Notes under the pieces: generated by a model
What the model was told of the DNA's origin: nothing
The model's input: the letters and a program-made list of their open reading frames with translations, nothing else
Databases searched by the model: none
Translations under genes and position numbers: made by a program
Shown: piece by piece, positions 1-8,773 of the stretch
Position numbering within the stretch: position 1 is the stretch's first letter
Layout of the letters: each line of letters opens with the position of its first letter
Assembly (NCBI GenBank): GCA_963835575.1
Contig: CAWIGG010000004.1
Coordinates: forward strand, 832,001-896,000
Direction of reading: 5' to 3'
Source: an uncultured Spirochaetota bacterium
GTDB taxonomy: Bacteria > Spirochaetota > Brevinematia > Brevinematales > JAOACQ01
DNA length: 64,000 bases

Positions 1-920
1 ATGATAAAAATACTGCTCAGGATAATTAAACCATGGGAGATGAAAAAGGTAAAATACTTTATTTCCGGAAAACCATGCAGGCCGATATCCGGAGTGAGAA
101 CTGCCTGAACCGCGGCGCCCAGTCCCCAGAAATAGATAAGCTCAGCCAGATACTGGCGCGTTTTTTCATTCCTTGTAAAAAGAGCGAAAGGTATTATCAG
201 AATCGCCAGGCCGCACATATGAAACATCAAGCTGCCGGGAGGATTCCAGGCGCCGATTGCAGACCAGTACCAGTGGTAAAATATTTCGTTGGCGCAGAGA
301 ATAAAAGGCAGAAGGAAGGAAAAATAAGGCTGAAGATGCTTATTTCGGCCCTTTCCGAATAACAAAAATATAAGTACTGAGCATAATATTATCAATATAA
401 TGGCGGTGATATGAGGCGGGCTGAAAAACCGGAATTCCCGGTTTTTTGTCATTGGATCGATTTTTATTTGCCGCGGGGCTGTTTCATTCGTTATGCCTGT
501 TCCTGCAGTCATCCTCGCAACGACTGTCCAATCTTCGGTTTTTTTTGTTTCAGGAAGTATGATGTCGGATGAAAATGCCGCAAGATGAAATAGAATTGTC
601 TGTCCATTGTATACTGTTGAACGTCTGGCACCGAATGTCAGGCGCTTGCCGTCCGATACCCTTGTCAAAATGATATTCACTTCAACATCTTTTCCTTTTT
701 CTATTGAATCTTTGTCCCAGGCAAGACCGGCCGCCTCAAATTGAAGGGGATATGAGCTGTTTACCACCGGACAGTGCAGTATGATCCGTGACTCCGCTCT
801 AAAATTTAAAAAAAGAATAAAATCAGTTATAAAAATTGAAATGACAGCTGCGGAAAAAAAGATCAGTATGATCAAATTGGATTGAGTTTTTTTTTCTTTT
901 TTAATGGTCTTTTTAGGCAT
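1..920 (-). CDS. YwaF/TIGR02206-like integral membrane protein, tandem paralog of 933..2201 (runs off window)
   Basis: Not in ORF track. ATG at 920 after GGAGG; reads MPKKTIKKEKKTQSNLIILIFFSAAVISIFITDFILFLNFRAESRIILHCPVVNSSYPLQFEAAGLAWDKDSIEKGKD, clearly homologous to the neighbouring ORF. Confidence 0.85.
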   Translation of the reverse strand, partial: MPKKTIKKEKKTQSNLIILIFFSAAVISIFITDFILFLNFRAESRIILHCPVVNSSYPLQFEAAGLAWDKDSIEKGKDVEVNIILTRVSDGKRLTFGARRSTVYNGQTILFHLAAFSSDIILPETKKTEDWTVVARMTAGTGITNETAPRQIKIDPMTKNREFRFFSPPHITAIILIILCSVLIFLLFGKGRNKHLQPYFSFLLPFILCANEIFYHWYWSAIGAWNPPGSLMFHMCGLAILIIPFALFTRNEKTRQYLAELIYFWGLGAAVQAVLTPDIGLHGFPEIKYFTFFISHGLIILSSIFI

Positions 921-932
921 TTTTCCTCCAGG

Positions 933-2201
933 CTATTTTATGATTCTTTCATTCGCTTCAACAAGTTTTGTTTTCTTTATTCCCTGATTTACTGCCTTCT
1001 GTTTTGAAAATACAAACGGCAGGCACAAGAGCCCGAATATGACCGCTCCCAAAAGCTCAAGCCCGATAACATACCGGGGAGAAGGCCCGAAAATCTGAAC
1101 AAGAAGATCAATTATTGAACCGTCGGGAGGAGGGTAACTGACGACAAAATAATTCCCGGGTTCAAAAGGAGAAATAAATTTAAGAAGATAATTTATAATA
1201 AACATAAAACCGATTGTAATATTGGTCAGGATGATGACGCGGATATATGAAGTAAGGCGGATTTTAATATTGTAGACGAGAATAATAAAAATACTATTCA
1301 ATATAATCAACCCATGTGATATGAAAAAGCAGAAAAACTTTAATTCAGGAAATCCATGTACGCTGATATCGGGTGTCAGGACAGCCTGGACAGCGCCGCC
1401 CAGTCCCCAGAAATAGATGAGTTCTGCAAGATACTGCCTGAATTTTTCATTTCTTGTAAAATGCGCGAATGGAATTAACAGGATAGCCAAACCGCACATT
1501 TGAATCATAAGGGCAGAAGTTGTTGACCATCCTCCAATTGCGGCCCAGTACCAGTGATAGGGAATTTCACTTGCGAAAATTGAAAAAACGAGGAAATAAG
1601 AAAAATAGGGTCTCAGGTTTTTATTGCGGCTCTTTCCGAATAATGCAAAAAGGAATGCAGAGCTTAATATTATCATTAAAATGACTATAATATGCTGTAT
1701 GGAAAACATACGGAATTCATGATTAGGCGTTACCGGATTTACTGTAATAATGCGCGGGGCTGTTTCAAGGACCCGGCCCGATTGAGCAGTCATTTTTGCA
1801 GTAACGATCCATTTTTCTGCAGTCCGGGCTTCAGGCAAATTTATGGCGCTTGAAAAGGCGGCGAGCCTGAAAAGAATCTGCGGGCCGTTATGTACAGCGG
1901 ACCTTTCGACCTTAAATACAAGGTTTTTCCCGTCTGATAACCGGGTCAAATTGATAGATATTTCAATATCTTTCCCTTTTTCTATGGAATCTTTGTCCCA
2001 GGCAAAACCGGCCGCCTTAAAATTAAGCGGGTAAGAGCTGTCAGCCACCGGGTAGTGCATTATGATCCGGGAATCTGCTTTAAAATTTAAAAAAATAAAG
2101 AGATCGGACACAAGAATTGTACAGATGGCCGCGATAGAAAGAAAAAGCATTATCAGATGAATTTTTGCCGGGTTTTCTTTTTTTTTAATATGCTCTTTCA
2201 A
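933..2201 (-). CDS. YwaF/TMEM164-like membrane protein with N-terminal extracytoplasmic domain
   Basis: Multiple TM segments; motifs MFSIQH, QMCG, YFWGLGGAVQAVLTPD, FFISHG, NY. Confidence 0.75.
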   Translation of the reverse strand: MKEHIKKKENPAKIHLIMLFLSIAAICTILVSDLFIFLNFKADSRIIMHYPVADSSYPLNFKAAGFAWDKDSIEKGKDIEISINLTRLSDGKNLVFKVERSAVHNGPQILFRLAAFSSAINLPEARTAEKWIVTAKMTAQSGRVLETAPRIITVNPVTPNHEFRMFSIQHIIVILMIILSSAFLFALFGKSRNKNLRPYFSYFLVFSIFASEIPYHWYWAAIGGWSTTSALMIQMCGLAILLIPFAHFTRNEKFRQYLAELIYFWGLGGAVQAVLTPDISVHGFPELKFFCFFISHGLIILNSIFIILVYNIKIRLTSYIRVIILTNITIGFMFIINYLLKFISPFEPGNYFVVSYPPPDGSIIDLLVQIFGPSPRYVIGLELLGAVIFGLLCLPFVFSKQKAVNQGIKKTKLVEANERIIK

Positions 2202-2422
2202 TTTATTATTCCTTCGGATTTATTATCAAAATAAATATTTAACATGCATCACCGGCAGATATTTTATCCAGCTGTATGGATTTTGGCAAAAAATAGGATG
2301 ATTTTTTTATTGTTTTTTTTTATTTTGCTTTTTTAAAGACCTTTATGTATAATTTCCAGGTAAATATAATCTTTTCGAAAAAGTTACTAGTTAATTTTAA
2401 TTATCGATAGGTATTGGAAACT

Positions 2423-3559
2423 ATGTCAACAAACAAAAAAATAACAACTAAGGCGGCGGAAATTCTTCTGGAAGATGATGGAATCATCAGAATTGCTGCC
2501 TTCGGTGAAATGCATTCTATAGAGGATGCCAAAGAAGTGACCGCTGCTGTCAGTCAAATCACCGGCAATAAAAGATATCCGGTCCTGATTGATTCGACAA
2601 ACGTAAAAGATATGTCTCCGGAAGGCAGGGCGTATTACACTTCCGAGGAAGCGTTCATGTCCGTTTCCGCGATTGCCATTATGATCAAATCGGGGATCTC
2701 AAAGTTAATGACGAATTTTTTCATTGATATGAGCAGGCTGCCCGGACCGCCGAGAAAGCTTTTTGATGATGAAAATAAAGCTGTCCTGTGGCTTAAAAAT
2801 TATATAGTTTCAGGCGCAGCTGTTACACGGGATATGGATGAAATAAATATTTTAATATATGAACCGATCAGCCAGATGCAGAAGCCCATCGTTTATACGC
2901 TTATTAATAACGGGATAAAATGCTTGTGTCTTAAAGAAAAAAAAGAGATCATAAATAAATTACGATCAAAGAAATACAATGTTTTTATCTGCTCGATTGC
3001 ACCGGGCACAAAGGATACCATTGATATTATTAAAGAGATCAAACAGATTGAAAGTTTGAATTTTATAAAAATCATTTTATGGTCGCCGCCTTCGTCCAAA
3101 GAATATTTTGAGGAAATGATCAAGCTTGGAATAAAGGGTGTCATATTAAAGCCCTTTGTAAATGAAACATTCGAAAATAATTTATTCAAATTGTTATTCC
3201 AGGATAATTTAAAGCCTGACCGCCGCCAGAATATAAGAGTGGAACCGGGTGATGATGATAGAATTATAGTTGCCATCCGGTCTTCCAGCACTCATAAAAC
3301 AATTGTCGGAAAATTAAAATCCTTATCCATGAACGGCCTGGTTTTAGAATTAACCGAGAATATAAGTGAGGATGACTTGAAAGAAAACGATGAAATCACC
3401 AATAATAATATTAAGATAACGATTAATGATAACGATATCAGCACAAACGGGCTGATCCATGCCAGGATACAGAATATTGTTGTGATCAGGTTCAGCGAAA
3501 TGCAGGATTATTATAAGAATATGCTGAGTTCTTATATATACAAAAGGATTAATTTTTAA
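2423..3559 (+). CDS. SpoIIAA/STAS-like + receiver-like + PilZ domain protein
   Basis: N-terminal VLIDSTNVKDMSPEGRAYY...FDDENKAVLWL; central REC-like region (GIKGVILKPF); C-terminal RxxxR (DRRQNIR) and SxxG. Confidence 0.65.
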   Translation: MSTNKKITTKAAEILLEDDGIIRIAAFGEMHSIEDAKEVTAAVSQITGNKRYPVLIDSTNVKDMSPEGRAYYTSEEAFMSVSAIAIMIKSGISKLMTNFFIDMSRLPGPPRKLFDDENKAVLWLKNYIVSGAAVTRDMDEINILIYEPISQMQKPIVYTLINNGIKCLCLKEKKEIINKLRSKKYNVFICSIAPGTKDTIDIIKEIKQIESLNFIKIILWSPPSSKEYFEEMIKLGIKGVILKPFVNETFENNLFKLLFQDNLKPDRRQNIRVEPGDDDRIIVAIRSSSTHKTIVGKLKSLSMNGLVLELTENISEDDLKENDEITNNNIKITINDNDISTNGLIHARIQNIVVIRFSEMQDYYKNMLSSYIYKRINF

Positions 3560-3590
3560 CTGACAGACTGGGAAAAACCATTCCCGGGCA

Positions 3591-4832
3591 TTATCCCGGC
3601 TTCCTGTTTGATCTCTGATACCACCGCGCCATATCGATAAGAAGGGAAGGCAGGACAACGGCCGGAGAAACATTGTTGAACTTTATTTTTTGAGTGATGC
3701 GTCCGATCTCGAAAGCCAGCTCTTTCAGCTCGCCTGTATTGACATGAGGTATGATCGGATGGGCCATTTTCTTATAATCCTGATCGATAAAAGCTGACAG
3801 GTCAACCCCGCGCAGGTATTCCTGGCGCATAAGATGGACATTCCTCAGAAACTCGCCGAGTTCCGAGAAGAAATGCCGTGAAAGCTTGCTGTTTTCATCC
3901 GAGATAAGATTATCGATAAATGAAAAGACAGCATTGTTGAATTGAATACGGGGCGCTATTTCAGTAAAAAATTCCAGCACCTTTTTCTTTCTTTCCTCTT
4001 CAAAATGGAAAAAATCATCTTCCATAAGATCTGCTGTCGAATAATAATTTTTTTTAAAATCCATTCCGAAAATATCCTTCAGGACGGATGGGGAAAGCTG
4101 AATAAAATGAATAATCATACTTCTGGAGAGAATTGTGGGGAGTATTCCGGCGCTTGAATTCGCTGTCAGGATGATGAGATTGCCGGCCGGGGGCTCTTCC
4201 AGAAGCTTGAGCGCGGCGTTCTGGGCTTCTTCCGCGGCGTTTTCGAAATTTCCTATAAGTGTTATCTTATGGCCTCCGCTGGTTTTCATGCTGTTGAACT
4301 CAATCGCGCTCCGTATGAAATCAATGGGTATTCTCTGCTTTTTTGAAAGCTCATCGGATACGGCAATCAGGTTTTCGGAAAAAGAAGGGTTTGATTCAAT
4401 AAGATCGTAATATTTTTGATTTATAATTATTTCATCCAGTTCATTTCTGAATTCCTGAATGGAAGAGGATTCTTTTCCCTGGGAGATCCTTTTAAGTTTA
4501 ACATTGCCGATTTCACTCATTGAAATCGCTGTGGACAATCTTCCCAATAAATAACTTAAGTAAGAGGGCAGAATTGTTTTTATTGCTCCCTTTGAATAAT
4601 TTTTCAGCATAAAACGGGATTTAATCGAATAATTATCATTCCGGTAGAAAATAAAATCAGCAGAGGAAAACGGGTTTTTCAGGAGAATTTTTTCAGCCGT
4701 ATCCACAGCGGCTGAAAATTTTCCGCAGCCCCGTTCCCCCAGGAAAATAAGGGTCCGGCCGAATGTATTTTCTTTCAACAGTTTTTGTATGACCGCTTCC
4801 GCTTGAGGCTGTCCTTTGATTAAGCTTTCCAT
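3591..4832 (-). CDS. holB: DNA polymerase III delta-prime-like clamp loader subunit
   Basis: LIFLGERGCGKFSAA; AQNAALKLLEEPP; ILPTILSR. Confidence 0.75.
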   Translation of the reverse strand: MESLIKGQPQAEAVIQKLLKENTFGRTLIFLGERGCGKFSAAVDTAEKILLKNPFSSADFIFYRNDNYSIKSRFMLKNYSKGAIKTILPSYLSYLLGRLSTAISMSEIGNVKLKRISQGKESSSIQEFRNELDEIIINQKYYDLIESNPSFSENLIAVSDELSKKQRIPIDFIRSAIEFNSMKTSGGHKITLIGNFENAAEEAQNAALKLLEEPPAGNLIILTANSSAGILPTILSRSMIIHFIQLSPSVLKDIFGMDFKKNYYSTADLMEDDFFHFEEERKKKVLEFFTEIAPRIQFNNAVFSFIDNLISDENSKLSRHFFSELGEFLRNVHLMRQEYLRGVDLSAFIDQDYKKMAHPIIPHVNTGELKELAFEIGRITQKIKFNNVSPAVVLPSLLIDMARWYQRSNRKPG

Positions 4833-7093
4833 TACCTAATCCCTTTTTTAATATCGATCAGGTTTAGACGGATTTCCTCGTTCCCCATGTATTTATTGAT
4901 TTCCGGCGTCACGATCAGGTCAAAAAGATCGTTTTTATCGGGATTCTCCAGGATTGTTTTTATTTTCTTAGACCAGTTCCAGCCTGTGACAGTAAAGGTT
5001 TTGCCTTCGCGCTGGATGGACATAAGGATATGTTCGCTATTCCTTCCGATATCGCGGTTGGAAACAATCCGGGCGTTTTTAATAAGAAGCTTCGGTATCT
5101 CATTGCCGTTACCGGTCGGCTCCATTACATTTTCCAGGTACCGGATCATATTCAGATTGATGTTTTCAAGCTGGTCCATTTCGGTATCTACAGCTATTTC
5201 CTTTTTTATATCATCTTGATTGAAGGTATCCATATATTTAAAAATCCGCTCTTTAAACACATCATTATTTTCGGTCTTAAGCGTAAAACCGCCTGCCGAT
5301 TTGTGGCCGCCGAATTGTATGACCAGGCTTTCCAGAGACTGCAGCATTTTTACCACATCAAAACCGGAAGGGGCCCTTATTGAACCTGTGGAAAAGGGAT
5401 TATCGACTGCGATAATAATCACCGGCATCATATACAGGTTTGAAAAACGGTTTGCCAGCAGCCCGGTCGTTCCCTTGGAAAATTTATCTGAAGCGATGAA
5501 GAGGACCTTATCCTTTGCCGGGGAATTCTGTTCCAGAAAGGCATTAATCAGTTCGATGCCGTCATCAACAATATTTTTTCTTTCAGTGTCTTTGGAAATA
5601 ATTTCTTTAACCAGATCTTCTGCTTCTTTTATCTTGTTCGAGATCAGGAGTTCGACGCTGAAACTCGCGTCGCCGATCCTTCCAGGAGAATTCAGTACCG
5701 GCGAAATGTTCCAGCTGATATCCCTGCTGGTCACTCTTTCAATATTCATATTGATTGCCCGGAGGAGACTTATCAGGCCGATCGGAGCATGGGGCATGAG
5801 CCTCAGTCCGTTTTTCACGATATTCCTGTTTTCATCTGTCAGCGGCATAATATCGGCCACAGTACCGACGGCGGCAAGCGGCAGGAATTCCTCATAGATT
5901 TCCATCAGTTTTGTATTTCTGCTGATAATAAGCCGCCTGTAGACTTCGGAGCAAATCTCGCTGTCAAATACGCTTCTATGCAGCTTTTCCTCTTCCGCGT
6001 ATAATCCCAGCGCTTTGGCGACAGTATTGAGTTTATGATCGTTTATTTTTTTCAGCATCACGCGGGCCATTTTAAGCGTGTCTTCAACCTGATTGGCGAT
6101 GATTGTTTTCAAATATTTTTTAAGCTGATGGTCCAGGAACCTCATGTCAAATTCAATGGCATTATGTCCTACCAGCTTTGAACTGCCCGCGAAATCAATA
6201 AATTGGCGTAAAGCCATGTCTATTTCTATCCCGTCTTTTGAAAGCATATCATTAGTTATGCCGGTCAATGATGTGATCTCGGCGGAAATGGGGCCTGAAG
6301 GTTTTATCAGCGTCTGGAATTCAGAAAGCTTGACGCCGTTCTTTACCTTGACGGCGCCGATTTCTATAATTTCATCTTTGGTCGGATTGAGGCCGGTTGT
6401 TTCAATATCAAAAAAAATAATTTCCTGATTGTAAGTCTCGTTTAACGCCGTTTTTTCAGCCATACCGCAGACAAGCTTGAATGCCACAGAAGATCCGCTT
6501 AGAAAAGAATAGGGGTAATGGTCCTGCGTGTTTTTCGGATTGATGATGGCATAAGCATTGGGAAGAATTTCGCGCGCTTCATGATGATCGGTTACGATAA
6601 CATCCAGGCCGATGGAGCGGGCATATTCGATTTCGTCAATGGAAGTGATGCCGCAGTCAACTGTAATGATCAGGCTGAACTCATTAAGCGCCGCCCAGCC
6701 GATCACTTCCCTGGTAATGCCGTAATTTTCCATTCCCTCGGGAACACGGTAGACAATGTTCGCGTCCAGGCGCTGGAGATATTTGTAAAGAATGGCGGTG
6801 GCGGTAACCCCGTCAGCGTCTTTATCGCCGAAAATGAGTATACCCTGTTTTTCCTGTACGGCTTTTTCGATCCGGTCAACGGCTTTTCCCATATCTTTAA
6901 AATAAAAGGGCGAATAGAGGCTAAAACAGGAGGGTTTGATAAAACGCATGATTTTAGCGGGAGTATCAATTCCGCGGCTGAGCAGTATGCTGGTTATGAA
7001 CTCGGGATAATGGAAAATATTTGAAAGCTCATTTATTATTTTATAATTTTTTCCTGCTATCTGCCAGGTCCTATTGGTATTCAGTGCATCCAT
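4832..7093 (-). CDS. recJ: ssDNA exonuclease RecJ with inserted DnaQ-like (DEDDh) exonuclease domain
   Basis: GDKDADG, TVDCG, TDHH, GTVADIMPL, GSIR, FGGHKSAGG; insert carries FFDIETTGL, VGHNAIEFD, HRSVFD. Confidence 0.92.
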   Translation of the reverse strand: MDALNTNRTWQIAGKNYKIINELSNIFHYPEFITSILLSRGIDTPAKIMRFIKPSCFSLYSPFYFKDMGKAVDRIEKAVQEKQGILIFGDKDADGVTATAILYKYLQRLDANIVYRVPEGMENYGITREVIGWAALNEFSLIITVDCGITSIDEIEYARSIGLDVIVTDHHEAREILPNAYAIINPKNTQDHYPYSFLSGSSVAFKLVCGMAEKTALNETYNQEIIFFDIETTGLNPTKDEIIEIGAVKVKNGVKLSEFQTLIKPSGPISAEITSLTGITNDMLSKDGIEIDMALRQFIDFAGSSKLVGHNAIEFDMRFLDHQLKKYLKTIIANQVEDTLKMARVMLKKINDHKLNTVAKALGLYAEEEKLHRSVFDSEICSEVYRRLIISRNTKLMEIYEEFLPLAAVGTVADIMPLTDENRNIVKNGLRLMPHAPIGLISLLRAINMNIERVTSRDISWNISPVLNSPGRIGDASFSVELLISNKIKEAEDLVKEIISKDTERKNIVDDGIELINAFLEQNSPAKDKVLFIASDKFSKGTTGLLANRFSNLYMMPVIIIAVDNPFSTGSIRAPSGFDVVKMLQSLESLVIQFGGHKSAGGFTLKTENNDVFKERIFKYMDTFNQDDIKKEIAVDTEMDQLENINLNMIRYLENVMEPTGNGNEIPKLLIKNARIVSNRDIGRNSEHILMSIQREGKTFTVTGWNWSKKIKTILENPDKNDLFDLIVTPEINKYMGNEEIRLNLIDIKKGIR

Positions 7094-7104
7094 TAAGCCT
7101 CTCC

Positions 7105-8019
7105 CTAAGATTCAAGAACAATCGATAAAAGCGCCATGCGGATAAAAAGCCCGTTATGGGCCTGCCGGAAATAAGCGGACCGGGGATCGCCGTCTACTTC
7201 GTATTTAATTTCATCCACTCTGGGAAGGGGATGCATAACAATGGCATTCTTTTGAAGAATGTTCATGATTTTTTTATCGATTATATAAATCCCTTTTGTT
7301 TTTTCATATTCTTCCATATTGGAAAACCGTTCCCGCTGGATCCGGGTTTGATAAATCACATCGACGCGCGAAGCCGTGTCTTCCAGATTATCAGATTCCT
7401 CATAAGAAACCTTATGCCTTGTTAAATATTCTTTTATATCATCCCTCATTTTAACATTGGGGGGAGCGACAAAAATTATTTTTATATCATTATATTTCGC
7501 GAGGAGATAAGCCAGTGAACGCGCTGTCCGGCCGTTCGCCAGGTCGCCGACCATGGCAATTTTAATCCCGTCAATACGGCCCAGTTCTTTTTGTATGGTA
7601 TAAAGATCGAGCAGGGATTGTGTGGGGTGCTGGCCTGTCCCGTCCCCCGCGTTGATGATGGGGATTTCGGACACAAGGCTCGCCTTTTTTGCCGCGCCGT
7701 TCTCCGGATGCCGGATCACGATCACATCGGCATAGCCGTTCAGGACGCGGATGGTATCCTCAAGAGTTTCTCCTTTTGCGGCGGAAGAAAAACTGGCCGC
7801 GTTTTCTGTTGATATTACGCTTCCGCCGAGTTTGATCATGGCCGCCTCAAAGGAAAGCCTTGTTCTTGTCGAGGGTTCATAAAAAAGCGTTATAAGGATT
7901 TTATTTTTAAGGACGGTTTCCTGTTCTGAGAGTTTTTCCATCCGGGCCGCAGTACCGAAAAGGTAATCCAGGTCTTTTCTGGAAAACTGCTGGGATTCGA
8001 TGACATGTTTCAGCTTCAT
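7105..8019 (-). CDS. pyrB: Aspartate carbamoyltransferase catalytic subunit
   Basis: FYEPSTRTRLSFE, HPTQSLLD, MHPLPR. Confidence 0.97.
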   Translation of the reverse strand: MKLKHVIESQQFSRKDLDYLFGTAARMEKLSEQETVLKNKILITLFYEPSTRTRLSFEAAMIKLGGSVISTENAASFSSAAKGETLEDTIRVLNGYADVIVIRHPENGAAKKASLVSEIPIINAGDGTGQHPTQSLLDLYTIQKELGRIDGIKIAMVGDLANGRTARSLAYLLAKYNDIKIIFVAPPNVKMRDDIKEYLTRHKVSYEESDNLEDTASRVDVIYQTRIQRERFSNMEEYEKTKGIYIIDKKIMNILQKNAIVMHPLPRVDEIKYEVDGDPRSAYFRQAHNGLFIRMALLSIVLES

Positions 8020-8062
8020 AATTATTCTCCTTTTTCATTATTTAGAAAAGGATAGAACCGGA

Positions 8063-8759
8063 TTATAAATAACCGCCGCTGTATTTAAGGGCAAGCTGAT
8101 AAATATCTTCTTCCTCATTTTTGAAAAGATGCATATTGTATCCGGATGTCGCCATGCTGTTATAATCATCGTTTTTCAAATCGCCGATATAGATAGCTTC
8201 TTTTTTTGGCAGGCGGAGCTTTTTTAATGTGATCTCAAAAAGAACAGAAAACGGATGGATTATCCCGGCTTCATCGGAAAAAGTCATGTCGTCAAAATAA
8301 TGATAAATGGATAGTTCTTTAAAAAGAAGCCGCATAATATCGCCGGGCGTCTTGTTCATTGTGGAAATAAGGCCGATCTTTTTCCCCCTTTCTTTAAGGA
8401 TGCTCAGGGCTTTTTCGGCGTTTTTACTCAGCTTCGGGGAAATCTGTAATACCGCGTCAATATAACAATCATAAACTTTTTTAAAGATAACGCTGTCGTG
8501 CACATTGAGGAGCTTGAGAAGATAATCCACCTGACGGAAAGGGCTGAACGACGCCCCCTTTTCTTTTTCCTCTTTATCTGCTATCGATAACATCTCTCTG
8601 TAATTTTTCTGAAGTGTATTGAATTTAATCGGAAATAACGACTTTTCCAGAATGGTATAGATATTGTCCAGCCTGTACCGCTCGCGCTCGGTACTCCCAT
8701 GCGAAATCATCCAGAAGAGTCTGATAGAGATCAAAGATGATGCAATTATAATCGCTCAT
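8063..8759 (-). pseudogene. HAD-family hydrolase, frameshifted near the 5' end (or sequencing error)
   Basis: ATG at 8759 after GGGGAG gives MSDYNCIIFDLYQTLLDD (HAD motif I), one base out of frame with the 8063..8734 ORF carrying IGLIS, FSDEAG and YIGD. Confidence 0.7.
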
Positions 8760-8773
8760 AACTCCCCCGCCTT

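Noticed and set aside
5925..6430. Intein in RecJ
   Set aside because: No Cys/Ser start, His-Asn end or LAGLIDADG motifs; the insert is a DEDDh exonuclease
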